DNA of 63,938 bases, the filler included, from Dugesia japonica (taxonomy: Eukaryota): the NCBI GenBank assembly GCA_001938525.1. It is 6 parts of 6 records of this genome, joined end to end, with 100 filler letters (N's around TTAATTAATTAA, not from the genome) between each part and the next. Parts side by side here need not be neighbours in the genome. Positions count along the whole stretch, not along the records: positions 55,873 to 63,938 come from MQRL01175006.1; 5 more parts are not named here. One strand, given 5' to 3'. Both the position numbers and the translations under genes were made by a program. The first letter of the stretch is position 1. Every line of letters starts with the position of its first letter. The notes beneath the pieces were generated by a model, which saw only the letters and a list, made by a program, of their open reading frames with translations, was not told the origin of the DNA and searched no databases. Shown here piece after piece: positions 61,278 through 63,938 of this stretch.

Positions 61278-62860
61278 AAGGGTGGTGAAATTAACGATTG
61301 ATTAATCAATTAATCGATAAAATATTTAAGCGATTCAAAATTTTTTAATCAGTAATTCTTTGGTTTATTTTTACTTAAGAATTATATTCGGTCTTGTATT
61401 TTTTAAAACAAACCTGTTTTACAATATGAATCATAAATCATAATGTTGTATCAGGTTTGATGTGTTACGCATGGAATGAAAATAACATATCATGAAATAA
61501 AAAGATATTTGTTATTGTTTCCAAATAATAAATTATTAGTTTATTGATTTATTCTTGACTAGCTCTTTCAATAGTAGAATTTTATTTCAGTTTGGAAAGT
61601 ATTGTTGAATAAAGCCGGAAAATAATTGAAACCTTTAACTTTTATTCAACCTTTTACTTCCATTGATGAAATATATATTATTAGGTATTTATTTGTCAAT
61701 ATACATTTAATGAATAAACATAATAATAAATGTTTTACAATTGCAATTATTTACTAGAATAATTGTTGGACATAACCATTGATCGTTTTAAAGAATTCAT
61801 TTAATATAAAAGCTTTGATCAAAATTTTGGTTTTTTATATTGATTTTTGATAACAATTCTATATTTCGACCTTGTCTTCATCAAGAATTAACTTTTTTCA
61901 AAAAAAGTCAATTCCTGACGAAGACAAGGTCAAAATATCGAATTTTTATCAAATACCAATATAAAAAAAACCAAAATTTTGATCAAAGCTTTTATGTTAA
62001 ATGAATAAAAATAAATGGTCATAAAATTAATTAATAAATAATCAAAAATCATTATTATTGTTAATATTAAGGATTAACAAATATACAACAATGGCGAATA
62101 ATGAAAGTAACGTTTCTGTAAAACCTTTAAGCGGAAAGTTGAGCAGGCATGTTGTTATTAAGTTAACTGCTGATGGCAAGGTCGAAGACGGCGACAAAAT
62201 TTTCTGCGTTCACTACAATAAACAGTTTGCTTTCTGTGGTTCAAATACCTCGCTAACCTAACAACTTCAGCACAAACATCCACTGCAGCATCATTAAGTT
62301 GAAGCAAGCGACTGGAAAAAGAGTTCTCAAAAGAAAAAAATAACCAGTTTCTTGTCGTTCCAGTCAAACAAACCTATAAGCGAAAAAGTTTGTACCGACT
62401 TGAAATTTAGTATTGCTTAGCTGATTGCTAGCTCCGGACGTCCACTGACTATTGTGAAAGATTATGACCTACAAACTGTATTACGTATTGCTCTTCCGAA
62501 TCAGACTTATACTTTACCCAGTTGCCGTACAATTGATAATATCATCTATCAGATGTACAACGCGAAACTGGTCGACAATTGGTTGGGCATTTCAAACACA
62601 GCTCGGCTAACACATCCAAACTAAAAAGTAGCCATGTCAGTCTCTCTCGACAGACAGATGAAAACGTGTTCCATAAATTGCAGCAGGATGTGGTAACTCA
62701 TTGGAACAGTACCTACCTGATGTTAGCCAGATTGTTGGATTTCAAAGAAGCAATATTACAGTATCACATTAATCATCCAATAAACTACAGTATACCTAAA
62801 CTGATAGATTCTGATTGGGGAAAAATTACCAAATATATTTCAGTCTTAGGTTCGCTTCAC
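61278..62860 (+). mobile_element. hAT (Ac/ZBED1-like) transposon relic, internally deleted
   Basis: Subterminal ATTAATCGAT repeats; BED FCVH...SNTSLT*QLQHKH, SGRPLTIV, LVGHFKHS, KLQQDVVTHWNSTYLMLARL. Confidence 0.85.
61730..62010. repeat. Palindromic MITE family member (~210-bp hairpin core)
   Basis: 61796-61900 is the inverted repeat of 61901-62005; partial copies at ~5575-5765, 16365-16470, 32860-33000, 33940-34060, 37890-37915 and 56890-57020. Confidence 0.8.
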
Positions 62861-62864
62861 ATGT

Positions 62865-63938
62865 CTTTCACATGTCCCTTAGTAGCTTAATGGTTTGGCA
62901 ATTTGAGCAAATTTAAAAACAAATTTACGGTAGTAATTTGCCAAGCCAAGAAATGACCGTAATTTTTCGGTGTACTTTGGAATTTCCACTTCAGCAATTT
63001 TCTTAATCATACCATTATTAGTACTTATTCCCTCTTTTGATATTTTATGACTTAAAAAATTAAGTTCAATTTTATACAGACTACACTTCTTTGGACTGAG
63101 TCTTAATCCAGGTTTTTATATTCGTTTAAAAACCTCCTCTAGGTTTTTATCGTGTTATGCCACTGTTGTCGCGTAAACCAAGACATCGTCTAAATACGCC
63201 GCGACTCCATTATAAAGGATATCCTCAAATAATTCATGAATGAGACTTTGAAAAGTCGCTGGGACTGTTGACAACTTGAACGACATTCGGGTATAGCAAA
63301 ACTGGCCCTTTTTTGTCGAAAATGCTGTTTTCAAATGTGACGATTCATCCAAGCATACTTTATTATAAGCTTGTCCTAAATATAATGACGAAAAAATGGA
63401 AGCTCCTGCCATCGTATTGAATATGGTTTACGGATCTGCCATGGGGAAACTAAATTTCTCTGTAACTTCATTAATATTTCTATAGTCCTGGCAGATCCTC
63501 AATCGTTTCCTCCTTCTTTCCTACAACTACGAGCGGCGAGTTCCATGGACTATGAAATTTCTTAATTATACCAATTTCAACAACTTTGAGATCATATCAT
63601 CCACTTTAGATTCCTTTTGCATCGCCATTCATCTTGGATTTTGACTTATTGGAGTCCCAACGGTTTTTATACAATGTGTTACCAGATTTGTACAACTTAA
63701 ATCGAAATCCGATGCCATTAAAATAGTACTATTTTTCAATACTAATTCTGTACACTTTGAAAAATTATGGGATCAAAAAATATTTAAAGCCCTTTGTCTT
63801 CTTTCTTCATTCCGATACGTAAAACCTAAGACTTCCGAATCTATAAAATTCAATGTGACTCTCGATAAAAGTTTCAATCCTAAAGCTGAAATAATATTCA
63901 TACCACTAAAAAAACTAAATTAACTACCGTAATCTGGA
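62865..63938 (-). mobile_element. Ty3/Gypsy reverse transcriptase relic
   Basis: SPWNSPLVVV, LRICQDYRKINEVT, TAFSTKKGQFCYTRMSF.L...PATFQ, AYLDDVLVY, KFLSH.I, FLGLANYYRKF. Confidence 0.92.

Overview
Very AT-rich, transposon-dense eukaryotic DNA, probably from an animal (GT-AG introns of 40-62 nt; taxon not determinable). Five artificial 100-nt spacers (44 N + TTAATTAATTAA + 44 N) split the window into six segments whose adjacency is not guaranteed. Host genes: a minus-strand multi-exon extracellular protein with three LamG/TSPN-like repeats and a Thr/Ser/Pro mucin linker (21670-32481); the first exon of a SET/NAP-family histone chaperone (35004-35210); and some decayed exons. Most of the rest is decayed mobile DNA: Ty3/Gypsy pieces, four hAT transposase relics, mariner/Tc1/pogo relics, MITEs, two Polinton/Maverick-type protein-primed PolB relics, and six related AGTAGGTAGATA-type termini. 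The most unusual feature is two diverged homologous 3.2-3.6 kb units (45805-49447 and 49899-~53140). Both start TGTTGGGGTGAA and share one layout: CCAAT array and TATA box, an ATG-free leader ending in a splice donor, then four ORFs of unknown function, each with its own splice acceptor and mostly its own AATAAA. For two of the ORF families the start codon appears to be created by splicing (leader A + exon TG). I infer a giant LTR-like module that expresses several accessory genes by alternative splicing and polyadenylation from one leader; this is untested.
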